Assembly: GCA_963752085.1 (NCBI GenBank)
Contig: CAVVWT010000010.1
Coordinates: forward strand, 5,831 to 69,830
Length of the DNA: 64,000 nucleotides
Source of the DNA: Ilumatobacteraceae bacterium
GTDB lineage: Bacteria; Actinomycetota; Acidimicrobiia; Acidimicrobiales; Ilumatobacteraceae
Direction of reading: 5' to 3'
The translations under genes and the position numbers were made by a program. Under the pieces are notes generated by a model, which worked only from the letters and a program-made list of their open reading frames with translations, searched no databases and had not been told where the DNA came from. Shown here one piece after another: positions 39,492-50,679 of this stretch (positions within the stretch are counted from its first letter, which is position 1; each line of letters begins with the position of its first letter).

Positions 39492-41418
39492 TCAGGATCC
39501 GCCGAGCAGGAAGCCACGCTCGATGAGCAGGGCGATGATCTGATCGACACTGTCTTCGACCGGGGTCGACACCGCGTCCAGTCGCAGGTCCATGTCGACG
39601 GGGCGCTCGTATGTGGCGGACACCCCGGGGAACATCGGGATGTCCCCCCGGTCGGCCGCGTCGTACATGCCGTGTTCGTCACGCTCTCGGCAGACCGCAA
39701 CAGGGGTGTCGACGAACACTTCGACGTACCGTTCTTGACCGACCAGGTCACGTGCTCGTTCGCGGACATCCGCGTTGGGGGCCACGAGGGCGGCGATCGC
39801 GATCAGACCCTGGTTGTTGACCAGTCGAGCGACCTCGGCGACGCGACGCAGGTTCTCGGAGCGCTCTTGTGCGCTGAAGCCCAGGTCCCGGCTGATTCCC
39901 ATGCGGATGTTCTCGCCGTCGAGGCGCACGGTCGTGCGCCCTCGGTCGAACAGACGACGTTCGAGTGCCGACGCAATGGTCGACTTGCCGGCTGCCGTGA
40001 GACCCGTGAGCAGCACGGTGCACGGCAACTGCCCGAGCCGTGCCGAGCGCTCCCCGTCGGTGATCGCCGACATCTGGCGGGTGAGCGTCGCCGACGGCGA
40101 GCGGTCCCACGCCGATGACGCACCGACGATCATGCCGGCCGCCATCGTGGCGTTCGACAACTTGTCGACGAGGATGAACGACCCCGTGACCCGGTTGACG
40201 CTGTACGGGTCGAACAGCAACTCGCGGTCCGACGCAATCGAGCAGCGGGCGATGTCGTTCAGCGCCAGCGATGCGGCCTCGTGCTCATCGAGGGTGTTGA
40301 TGTCGACACGGTGGCGGATCGCCGTGACCGATGCATTGCTGGTGCCGTTGGTCGTCTGCAACAGGTATTGCCGCCCGGGCACCATTTCGGCCTCGGACAT
40401 CCACACGACCATCGCGTCGACGTCGTGAGCGCGACTCGGGCGTTCACCCGCACCCGCGAGGAGGTCGCCGCGGCTGACGTCGATCTCATCGGCGAGGGTG
40501 ACCGTGACCGCACGACCCGGACCCGCATGATCGAGGTCACCGTCGTACGTGACGATGCGCTCGACCGTCGAACGCACACCGGACGGCAGGGAGACGACCT
40601 CGTCGCCGGGGTGGAGCACACCCGACGCGATCGTGCCCGCGAACCCACGGAAGTCGAGGTTCGGTCGAATCACGATCTGGACGGGAAGCCGGAAGCGGTC
40701 GAGATCGAGTCCGGCCTCGACGTCGACCGTCTCCAGGTGGGCCATCAGCGGCGCTCCGTCGAACCAGCTCATGTTCTCACTGGGATCGACCACGTTGTCG
40801 CCGAGCAGGGCCGACATCGGCAAGAAGTAGGGGTCGACGAGGTCGAGCGACTTGGTGAACTCGCGGTAGTCGTCGCAGATCTCGTCGAAGCGCTCGTGCG
40901 ACCAATCGACGAGATCCATCTTGTTGACCGCCACCACGATGTGGCGGATACCGAGCAGGCTCGCGATGAAGCTGTGTCGCTTCGTCTGGGCGAGCACGCC
41001 GTAGCGGGCGTCGATGAGGATCACGGCGAGCTGACAGTTCGACGCACCGGTGGCCATGTTGCGGGTGTACTGCTCGTGACCAGGGGTGTCGGCGATGATG
41101 AACTTGCGCTTCGCCGTCGAGAAGTAGCGGTACGCCACATCGATCGTGATGCCTTGCTCGCGTTCGGCCTTCAGCCCGTCGGTGAGCAACGCCAGATCGA
41201 CCTGATCGCCTTGGGTCCCCGACGTGGTCGAGTCGACCTGCGAGCGCGGCCAGCGTGTCCTCGTAGATCATTTTCGAATCATGCAGGAGTCGCCCGATCA
41301 GGGTGCTCTTGCCGTCGTCGACCGACCCACACGTGAGCAGCCGGAGCAGGTCCTTGCCTTCGTGTTCGGCCAGGTACGCGTCGATGTCGGTGGCGATGAG
41401 GTCGGACTGGTGCGACAT
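39492..41418 (-). pseudogene. cysN: bifunctional sulfate adenylyltransferase subunit 1 / APS kinase (CysNC), 1 frame shift as assembled
   Basis: N-terminus MSHQSDL...[15 protein letters not shown] (G1) is in the 40777..41673 frame. From about 41230 the rest is in the 39492..41189 ORF (DTPGH, NKMD, then the C-terminal APS-kinase domain LLTGLTAAGKSTIA...LDGENIRMGISRDLGFS). Confidence 0.85.
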
Positions 41419-41484
41419 CAGAAGTAGCCCTTTCCGCTGTGGACCATCGTCGGAGCAGGTCGGTGCGACATCAGAAGTAGCCCT
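41409..41484. repeat. 23-bp perfect direct repeat pair (53-bp period) duplicating the cysD-stop/cysN-start junction
   Basis: GGTGCGACATCAGAAGTAGCCCT occurs at 41409-41431 and again at 41462-41484. On the coding strand each copy reads GGCTACTTCTGATGTCGCACC, that is ..GYF-stop overlapping ATG-S-H. Confidence 0.9.
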
Positions 41485-42412
41485 CCTTCTTCTTCTCTTC
41501 CATCGAGCCCGACTGGTCGTAGTCGATGACGCGTCCCTCGCGCTCGGAGCGAGTGGCGAGGAGCATCTCCTGGATGATCTCGGGCAGCGTCGTGGCGGTC
41601 GACTCCACCCCGCCCGAGAGCGGGTAGCAGCCGAGCGTGCGAAACCGAACCGACCGCATCTCGGGCTCCTCACCGGGCTCGAACTGGAATCGATCGTCGT
41701 CGATCATGATCAACACGCCATTGCGCGTCACCACCGGCCGCGGCGCCGAGTAGTAGAGCGGCACGATGTCGATGCCCTCGAGGTGGATGTACTGCCAGAT
41801 GTCGAGTTCGGTCCAGTTGCTGATCGGGAAGACACGAATGCTCTCGCCCTTCGAGACCCGCCCGTTGTACAGACTCCACAGCTCCGGCCGCTGGTTCTTC
41901 GGGTCCCAGCGATGGTGCTGATCGCGGAAGCTGAACACGCGCTCCTTGGCGCGTGACTTCTCCTCGTCGCGCCGTGCCCCACCGAATGCCGCGTCGTAGC
42001 CGCCGGCGGTCAGCGCCTGCTTGAGCGCCTGCGTCTTCATGATGTCGGTGTAGTTCATCGAACCGTGGTCGAAGGGGTTGATGCCGGCCTCGACGCCCTC
42101 CTGGTTCGTGTGCACCCGCAGGTCGAGGCCCAGCTCCTGTGCGATCCGGTCGCGGAACTCGATCATCTCCCTGAACTTCCAGGTCGTGTCGATGTGCAGC
42201 AGCGGAAACGGGATCGGACCGGGGTGGAATGCCTTCCGGGCCAGATGGAGCAGCACCGACGAGTCCTTGCCGATCGAGTACAGCATCACCGGCCGTTCGA
42301 ACTGCGCCACGACCTCACGCATGATGTGGATGGCTTCGGATTCGAGCTGTTTGAGGTGCGTCAGCCGCACCTCGTCGAGTCGTGCCGGGTCGACGTCGGT
42401 CCCAGTGGGCAT
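41471..42412 (-). CDS. cysD: sulfate adenylyltransferase subunit 2
   Basis: Intact 313-aa ORF with the PAPS-reductase-fold block [15 protein letters not shown] and the conserved C-terminus ...[12 protein letters not shown]. Confidence 0.9.
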   Translation of the reverse strand: MPTGTDVDPARLDEVRLTHLKQLESEAIHIMREVVAQFERPVMLYSIGKDSSVLLHLARKAFHPGPIPFPLLHIDTTWKFREMIEFRDRIAQELGLDLRVHTNQEGVEAGINPFDHGSMNYTDIMKTQALKQALTAGGYDAAFGGARRDEEKSRAKERVFSFRDQHHRWDPKNQRPELWSLYNGRVSKGESIRVFPISNWTELDIWQYIHLEGIDIVPLYYSAPRPVVTRNGVLIMIDDDRFQFEPGEEPEMRSVRFRTLGCYPLSGGVESTATTLPEIIQEMLLATRSEREGRVIDYDQSGSMEEKKKEGYF

Positions 42413-42470
42413 CGAAACACGCTATCCGGCGCCCACCGCAGGGGGATCGACCGGTCGGTAGGGTGCCGCC

Positions 42471-43511
42471 ATGAGTGAACGCGATCGGATTCGCCTCACA
42501 CAGTTCAGCCACGGGGCCGGTTGAGGCTGCAAGCTCGCCCCGGGCGAGCTGGCGCACGTCGTGCGCCATCTGCACAGCGACCGTCCCCCCGAACTGCTCG
42601 TGGGTCCCGACACCGGCGACGATGCCGCCGTGTGGCAGATCGACGCGCACCGGGCACTGGTGTCCACGGCCGATTTCATCACCCCGGTCGTCGACGATGC
42701 CCGGACCTGGGGACGCGTCGCCGCGGCGAACAGCGTGTCCGACGTGTATGCAATGGGCGGCCGACCGCTCTTCGCGCTCAACCTGGTCGGGTGGAACACC
42801 GACGAACTGCCGACCGAGCTGCTCGGTGAGCTGCTGGCCGGCGGCCAGGACATCGCAACAGCCGCCGGCTTCGCGATCGTCGGCGGCCACACGATCGATG
42901 ACCCCGAGCCGAAGTACGGCCTGGCGGTCACCGGCGAGGTCCATCCCGACCGGATTCTCACCAACACAGGGTTACGCCCGGGTCAGGACCTGATCCTCAC
43001 GAAGCCGCTCGGTATCGGTGTGCTCACGACTGCCATCAAGGCTGATGTCGCGACCGAGGCCGAGACCGCAGCGGCCGTCGACTCGATGACCCGGCTGAAC
43101 GACGTCGCCGCGCGCCTGGCCGTCGAGTCGGGTGCGACGGGTTGCACCGACGTGACCGGATTCGGGCTGCTCGGACACCTCGGGCGGATGGCGATCGAGT
43201 CGAACGTCAGATGCGAGGTCGACTTCGGGTCGATCCCGTTCCTCGACGGAGCCATCGCCCATGCCACCGCGGGGGTCATGCCCGGCGGCAGCCGTCGCAA
43301 CCTCGCCTGGGGGGACGTCGTGCTCGACGCCGGCGATCACGACGAGGTGCACCAGTTGCTCTTCGCCGATGCGCAGACCTCGGGCGGGCTGGTCTTCGGC
43401 ATCGACCCAGCGTCGACCGACGACGTGCTCGCCGAGTTGGCCTCGACCGGCCATACCGCAGCCCGGATCGGGACGACGGCGTCGGGACTCGCTCAGATCA
43501 TCTTGCGCTGA
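42471..43511 (+). CDS. selD: selenide, water dikinase (selenophosphate synthetase) with in-frame UGA read as selenocysteine at codon 18
   Basis: Translation from ATG 42471 gives MSERDRIRLTQFSHGAG-TGA-GCKLAPGEL, continuing in frame into the 42561..43511 ORF. This matches the SelD N-terminal loop (E. coli ...RLTQYSHGAGCGCKI...), with TGA (42522-42524) at the Cys/Sec position. Confidence 0.8.
42529..42553 (+). promoter_or_regulatory. SECIS-like hairpin immediately downstream of the selD UGA
   Basis: A perfect 8-bp stem pairs AGCTCGCC (42532-42539) with GGCGAGCT (42543-42550) around a CCG loop. Two more pairs (42529-30 with 42552-53) lie below an A/G mismatch. The stem starts 7 nt after the UGA. 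Confidence 0.5.
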
Positions 43512-43514
43512 GCG

Positions 43515-44270
43515 TCACGCGCCTGCCGGCGTCCAACGCGCGGCCGCGAGCACGGTGGAGCCGGCGACCAACCACGCGGTGGCCACCTCACCGTCGAGCG
43601 CCGTCACCATGTGCGGATCGCCCTCGCCGTGCTCGACCGACTGGAGATACTCCAGCTCCGCTCGGCCGACACGGCTCGACATGTCGAGCTCGGCCGCCTC
43701 CTCGAGGAACGACCATGTCGCCGCATTGTTGACGTGACCGAACGGGTCGAGATCGGTCCGGCGAACCGGCCAGCGACCGTCGACTCGCGCGCCATCGGAA
43801 GGGCCCACGAGCGCAAGTCGGGCCGACACGATCCGCCCGGCTGCGGTCGCCGAGTAGGCAGCGAGGAAGTCGGCGGCGAGGCGCGCCGGCTTCCCCGTCC
43901 GGACGTCGATCTGCACCCACAGGCTCACGGCGTCGATCGACGCACCGCGGTCGCCGACGATCTGCGAACGTCGCTCGGCCCACGACCTCCCGATCCCTGT
44001 GCACCAGGTCGACACCTCGATCGACTCACCGAGCCGTGCCGGCTGGGTCACCTCGATCAATGTCCGTCGGACGAGCCACCCGTACGACCGGTCGAGAGCG
44101 GCATCGGCAGCGTCGTCGGTCGCAACGTCCTGCATGAATCGCGCCGCTGCGTCGAACCGCATGCGACCGTTGCGGTCGACATCACCCAGCCGGACCGTGC
44201 CGTCGAGCGAATACACCCGCCCCTCCGACGGACGCGGCAGGAGTTCGACAGCTGGCGCGGCGCTCGGCAC
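43515..44270 (-). CDS. acyl-ACP/acyl-CoA thioesterase (double hot-dog, FatA/B-like)
   Basis: 251-aa intact ORF with two hot-dog halves (RLGDVDRNGRMRFDA... and VRRTDLDPFGHVNNA...). It is tail-to-tail with selD, with a 3-nt gap. Confidence 0.65.
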   Translation of the reverse strand: MPSAAPAVELLPRPSEGRVYSLDGTVRLGDVDRNGRMRFDAAARFMQDVATDDAADAALDRSYGWLVRRTLIEVTQPARLGESIEVSTWCTGIGRSWAERRSQIVGDRGASIDAVSLWVQIDVRTGKPARLAADFLAAYSATAAGRIVSARLALVGPSDGARVDGRWPVRRTDLDPFGHVNNAATWSFLEEAAELDMSSRVGRAELEYLQSVEHGEGDPHMVTALDGEVATAWLVAGSTVLAAARWTPAGA

Positions 44271-44376
44271 GGCAGCATCATGCCAGCTGGGGGGTTCGAC
44301 ACGACACGCCGTCGCCGGCGCCCAACCCCGATCGAATCCGCGGATGTCGCCCAGCCGACAGCGCTACCGTCGGCAC

Positions 44377-46366
44377 ATGTCCTCGACGAATGACGCGCCC
44401 TCGACACGCCACCACGAGATCGCGGTCCGGATGATCGATCAACGCAGCGAGGTGTCGGGCGTGGCGGTTTCACCCGACGGCGGGCGGGTCGCCTTCGTCG
44501 TGTCGACGATCGATCTCGAGACGCAACACCATGACGAGCCGCGTGTGGATCGACGACGCACCGGTCACCGGCGGTGAACGAGACTCCCAACCGACCTGGT
44601 CACCCGACGGCAGTCGGTTGGCGTTCGCCTCGAAGCGGGCGGCGAAGCAAAGTGAGTCCACGTTGCATGTCCTCCCGGTCGCACGGCCCGGCGAGACGCG
44701 CACCGTCTGCTCGATGCCGGACGGTCTCGGAGATGTTGCCTGGTCACCTGATGGCTCACTGCTCGCCTTCACGAGTCGAACCCAGCACGAGCGGTACACC
44801 AAGGACGATGATTCGTGGCGGGCACCGCGGAAGATCGAACGCTTCTTCTCGCGCTTGAACGGCGATCATTGGATCTTCGACCGGCCGAACCACGTCTACG
44901 TCGTGCCGGCAGACGGGACCGGCCGGGCTCGCAATCTGACCCCCGGCGACTTCCAACACCGTGGCATCTCGTGGCTCCCCGATTCGACCGCCATCGTCAC
45001 GTCGGCGCAGCGTCACGACACGTGGGACACCGACATGGCCGAAGACCTCTACCTGGTTCCTGTCGTCGGCGGAGACCCCGGGATCCGTTGTCTCACCGAC
45101 CACGACGGCACCTACTGTGCTCCGAGCGTGTCGCCGGATGGTGGCCGTGTCGCGTTCCTCGGTCACGGCGACCTCCGAACGTTTCCGCAGAACTCCGGCG
45201 TGGGAGTGATCCCCATCGACAACACGTCGAGCTTCGACGACATCGAGTGGGTCTCCTCGGCGCTCGACCGGACATTCGTCTCGTCCGACGGTGTGCGCGC
45301 CCCAATCTGGCACGGCAACTCGATCCTCGCCGCCGCCGAAGATCGCGGCGAGACCCATCTCTTCCGGGTGGCCGCCGATGGGTCGCGTCCGCCGACGCCA
45401 CTCACCGCCGGGGCGATCACGGTCACCGGCTTCGATGCCGCTGCCGACACGATTGCGACAATCCGGTCCGCCGTCGATCGCCCTGCCGAGCTCTTCATCG
45501 GCGAGGTGCAATGCTCCGACGTCGCGGGTCGGTGGGCGGACGGCTTGCTGCCATGGGAGAGGTTCGAGGTTCCCACCACGGACGGGAGCGACGTGATCGA
45601 TGCCTGGATCATGCGTCCCGCCGACTTCGAGGAGGGTCGCAGCTACCCGGTCCTGCTGAACGTGCACGGCGGACCGTTCGCGCAGTACGGCGAGCGGTTC
45701 TTCGACGAAGCCCAGTTCCAGGCCGCCGCGGGCTACGTCGTCGTGATGGGAAACCCCCGCGGGGGCAGCGGACGCGACACCCAATGGGGCCAGGCGATCC
45801 TCGGGCCGAAGCATCCGGTCAACCCTGGGTCTGGCTGGGGCGGTCTCGATGCCGACGACGTGCTGGCGACGATCGACGCAACCCTCGATCGGTTCGACTT
45901 CTGCGACCGGGACCGGGTGGGCATGCTCGGTGGTTCGTACGGTGGGTACATGGCCACGTGGCTCGCGGCAAACCACGACGGCCGATTCCGGGCGTTCTGC
46001 TCCGAGCGCGCGGTGAACAACCTGCTCTCCGAGGAATGGTCCAGTGACATCGCAACGGCGTTCGCCACCGAGCACGGCGTGTCGCACGTGGAGGATCCGG
46101 AGGTCTACGTCGCACACTCGCCGATCCGACAGGCTCGGGACATCGATCGGCCGATGCTGCTGATCCACTCGGAGGAGGACTGGCGCTGCCCGATCAATCA
46201 GGCCGAGGAGCTGTGGATCGCGCTCAAACTGGACGGCAAGGAGGTGGACTTCTACCGATTTCCGGGCGAGGACCACGACTTGTCCCGTTCAGGGTCGCCG
46301 GTCCATCGGGTGCAACGGGCCGTGATCATTCTCGACTGGTTCGCCGACAAGCTCGCCTCCCGCTGA
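44377..46366 (+). pseudogene. S9-family serine peptidase (acylaminoacyl-peptidase/prolyl-oligopeptidase-like), 1 frame shift as assembled
   Basis: N-terminus MSSTNDAP...VAVSPDGGRVAFVVSTIDLE is in the 43999 frame. From about 44525 the rest is in the 44531..46366 ORF. It has a beta-propeller then a catalytic domain with GGSYGGYM (GxSxG), a later Asp/His region, and EDHDL. Confidence 0.8.
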
Positions 46367-46381
46367 CCCGAACCACCGGCG

Positions 46382-48166
<1,785 letters not shown>

Positions 48167-48281
48167 GGCCGGGCCTCGGAAGGTCATTCCCACAGTCTGT
48201 CCGACAGGTAGTTGCAGACTGCAACCACAGCGGTCGGCAACAGTGCGACAAATGTACGGCGGACGGGAAGCGTCGCATCTG

Positions 48282-50297
48282 TCAGTCGACGATGTAGCCG
48301 GTGATGTCCGCGGCGAGATTGGTCGGGGTCGAGCTGAACAAACAGACGGTGCCGGTTCCGCTGAGCTTGGCGATCACCTCGTTGGCGACGACGCCGAGTC
48401 CGGCGGGGGCGTTCATCGACGACGCAAGCGGACGCGTGCCGCACGGGTAGACCGTGACGAACCCGTTGCCGTCGGGGCGGATCATCGTGACGTTCAACAC
48501 GACAGCACCGACACCCGAGCTGGGGACACCGCCGCGACCCAACACGTCAAGCTCCACCATCCCGCCAGCCGAGAGCTTGCCGACCTTCTCGAACCGGTTG
48601 TCAACGGTCTCACCCGTCGGGCGAGTGTCAAGCAAACGAGCCGGATCCAACGACACCACGCCCGATGCCGTGGGGATGTAGCCGGTGATGTCCGCGGCGA
48701 GATTGGTCGGGGTCGAGCTGAACAAACAGACGGTGCCGGTTCCGCTGAGCTTGGCGATCACCTCGTTGGCGACGACGCCGAGTCCGGCGGGGGCGTTCAT
48801 CGACGACGCAAGCGGACGCGTGCCGCACGGGTAGACCGTGACGAACCCGTTGCCGTCGGGGCGGATCATCGTGACGTTCAACACGACAGCACCGACACCC
48901 GAGCTGGGGACACCGCCGCGACCCAACACGTCAAGCTCCACCATCCCGCCAGCCGAGAGCTTGCCGACCTTCTCGAACCGGTTGTCAACGGTCTCACCCG
49001 TCGGGCGAGTGTCAAGCAAACGAGCCGGATCCAACGACACCACGCCCGATGCCGTGGGGATGTAGCCGGTGATGTCCGCGGCGAGATTGGTCGGGGTCGA
49101 GCTGAACAAACAGACGGTGCCGGTTCCGCTGAGCTTGGCGATCACCTCGTTGGCGACGACGCCGAGTCCGGCGGGGGCGTTCATCGACGACGCAAGCGGA
49201 CGCGTGCCGCACGGGTAGACCGTGACGAACCCGTTGCCGTCGGGGCGGATCATCGTGACGTTCAACACGACAGCACCGACACCCGAGCTGGGGACACCGC
49301 CGCGACCCAACACGTCAAGCTCCACCATCCCGCCAGCCGAGAGCTTGCCGACCTTCTCGAACCGGTTGTCAACGGTCTCACCCGTCGGGCGAGTGTCAAG
49401 CAAACGAGCCGGATCCAACGACACCACCGAAGATGTTGGCGCCGTCGCAGCGTCGTCGTCCAAGATCGTCCCGAGTCCGGAACCGTCGACAACCGCGACG
49501 CCGACCGCGTTGCCGATCCCCACGTAGAAGGTCTCATCGGGTTCGATCTCGCTGTCACCGAAGACGGTCACGGGGATCGCCCGCGAGGTTTCCCCGACCG
49601 AGAAGGTCAGTTTTCCCACATTGACGGCATAGTCCTCATTCCCGGTCGCGGATGCCCCTGAGTTGCACCCAACTCCGCAGGTCGAGTAGTCGATCGTCAC
49701 GGTCGACGCAGCCGGCGGCGACAATGTCACCTCGAAGTTCGCGATGGTCGTGCCGATGTCGCCTTCCGTCACGGTCGCGTCCGAGATCGTAAGGGCTGAC
49801 GAGACGCCGGTGTCGTCGTTCACGATCGTCCCGACTCGGTACGTTTGATACACCACGAAGTCGGTGCTCCGAATGTCGAGGTAGAAGAACTCGTCGGGCT
49901 CGACCGTTGTGTCGCCGTACACGCTGACGTCGATGAACTCCATGTCGCCGGAGAACCCGAGGTTGAACGAACCGGAGGTGCTCCGGTAATCGATGCCCGG
50001 TGTTGCCGTCGCTGGCGGCTTTCCTGGGGGTTGGCCCTCGCCCGCTCCGCGAGTCATGTAGATGCCGCTGATCGGGCCGTCCAGCACGCCTGACACGCTC
50101 ATGACGAAGGTGAGCGAGTTCCCCCCGCTATCACCTTCGACGCTGACCGGATTCGTACAACTGAACGTCGCCGCGGACACCGGCGCGCCACTCCCCACGG
50201 CGATCACTGATGCCACGAGCAGTACCGACAGAAGGCCCAGCGCCCCTCGTCTGTGCCGCCGGCGACGCCTCGGCCAGGTCGGCCCATCACCGGTCAT
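48282..50297 (-). CDS. secreted protein: signal peptide, 2 Calx-beta domains, 3 identical 128-aa modules of unknown function
   Basis: The N-terminus is an Arg-rich n-region plus hydrophobic core (RRRRRHRRGALGLLSVLLVASVIAVGSGAPVSAA). Two Calx-beta-like domains follow (...EPDEFFYLDI..., VTEGD...TVTIDYST...GNEDY...FSVGETSRAIPVTVFGDSEIEPDETF). Then come three copies of SLDPARLLDTRPTG...VLNVTMIRPDGNGFVTVYPCGTRPLASSMN...ADITGYI. Confidence 0.75.
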   Translation of the reverse strand: MTGDGPTWPRRRRRHRRGALGLLSVLLVASVIAVGSGAPVSAATFSCTNPVSVEGDSGGNSLTFVMSVSGVLDGPISGIYMTRGAGEGQPPGKPPATATPGIDYRSTSGSFNLGFSGDMEFIDVSVYGDTTVEPDEFFYLDIRSTDFVVYQTYRVGTIVNDDTGVSSALTISDATVTEGDIGTTIANFEVTLSPPAASTVTIDYSTCGVGCNSGASATGNEDYAVNVGKLTFSVGETSRAIPVTVFGDSEIEPDETFYVGIGNAVGVAVVDGSGLGTILDDDAATAPTSSVVSLDPARLLDTRPTGETVDNRFEKVGKLSAGGMVELDVLGRGGVPSSGVGAVVLNVTMIRPDGNGFVTVYPCGTRPLASSMNAPAGLGVVANEVIAKLSGTGTVCLFSSTPTNLAADITGYIPTASGVVSLDPARLLDTRPTGETVDNRFEKVGKLSAGGMVELDVLGRGGVPSSGVGAVVLNVTMIRPDGNGFVTVYPCGTRPLASSMNAPAGLGVVANEVIAKLSGTGTVCLFSSTPTNLAADITGYIPTASGVVSLDPARLLDTRPTGETVDNRFEKVGKLSAGGMVELDVLGRGGVPSSGVGAVVLNVTMIRPDGNGFVTVYPCGTRPLASSMNAPAGLGVVANEVIAKLSGTGTVCLFSSTPTNLAADITGYIVD
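48291..49427. repeat. perfect tandem repeat, 384-bp unit x 2.96 copies, in frame within the CDS
   Basis: Unit starts are at 48291, 48675 and 49059. I found no mismatch between copies when reading them side by side. The ORF track shows identical shadow ORFs at a 384-bp offset (48454, 48838, 49222). Confidence 0.95.
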
Positions 50298-50679
50298 CAC
50301 GACCACCCTCCTCTCGCTCCACCCTCCGTCTACCCGACCATTTCTTCGCCCGGTAGAGGCGTACTGCCCGGGTAGTTGGTTGGCACTGTTCGGTGTCGTC
50401 ACCGACCTGGTCGCAGTGGCCGCAGGGTTGATCACGATGACCATCGGAGCGGGCCGCGCACAATCGGGCCCGGACGCACGCATGGGTCTCGGCGAAGTCT
50501 CATGTTCTCGAAGACCGTGGCCCACACGAGTCGACAGTGATCCACGGAACGGGAGCAGTGCTCACGCTGGCGTGACGGAAACCTGCCGTTGGCTATTGTC
50601 CACGTCGTGAGCCAGTACGCGGACACCGACACGTCGACCGCTCCGTTCATGGCCCTGGTGCGCGGCGGAGCCTGAACAG

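Noticed and set aside
42522-42524. The in-frame TGA in selD read as a nonsense mutation or another assembly error (pseudogene).
   Set aside because: The TGA falls exactly on the known Cys/Sec catalytic position of the GAG-[C/U]-GCK loop. The flanking sequence is perfectly conserved in frame, and a strong hairpin follows at SECIS-like spacing. Selenocysteine recoding is the simpler explanation, though it still needs selA/selB/selC to be confirmed.
48291-49427. Possible CRISPR array or mobile-element repeats, suggested by the regularly spaced identical ORFs at a 384-bp period.
   Set aside because: The units are contiguous with no spacers. They are far longer than CRISPR repeats and are in frame within one secreted-protein CDS. 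No cas or transposase genes are nearby.
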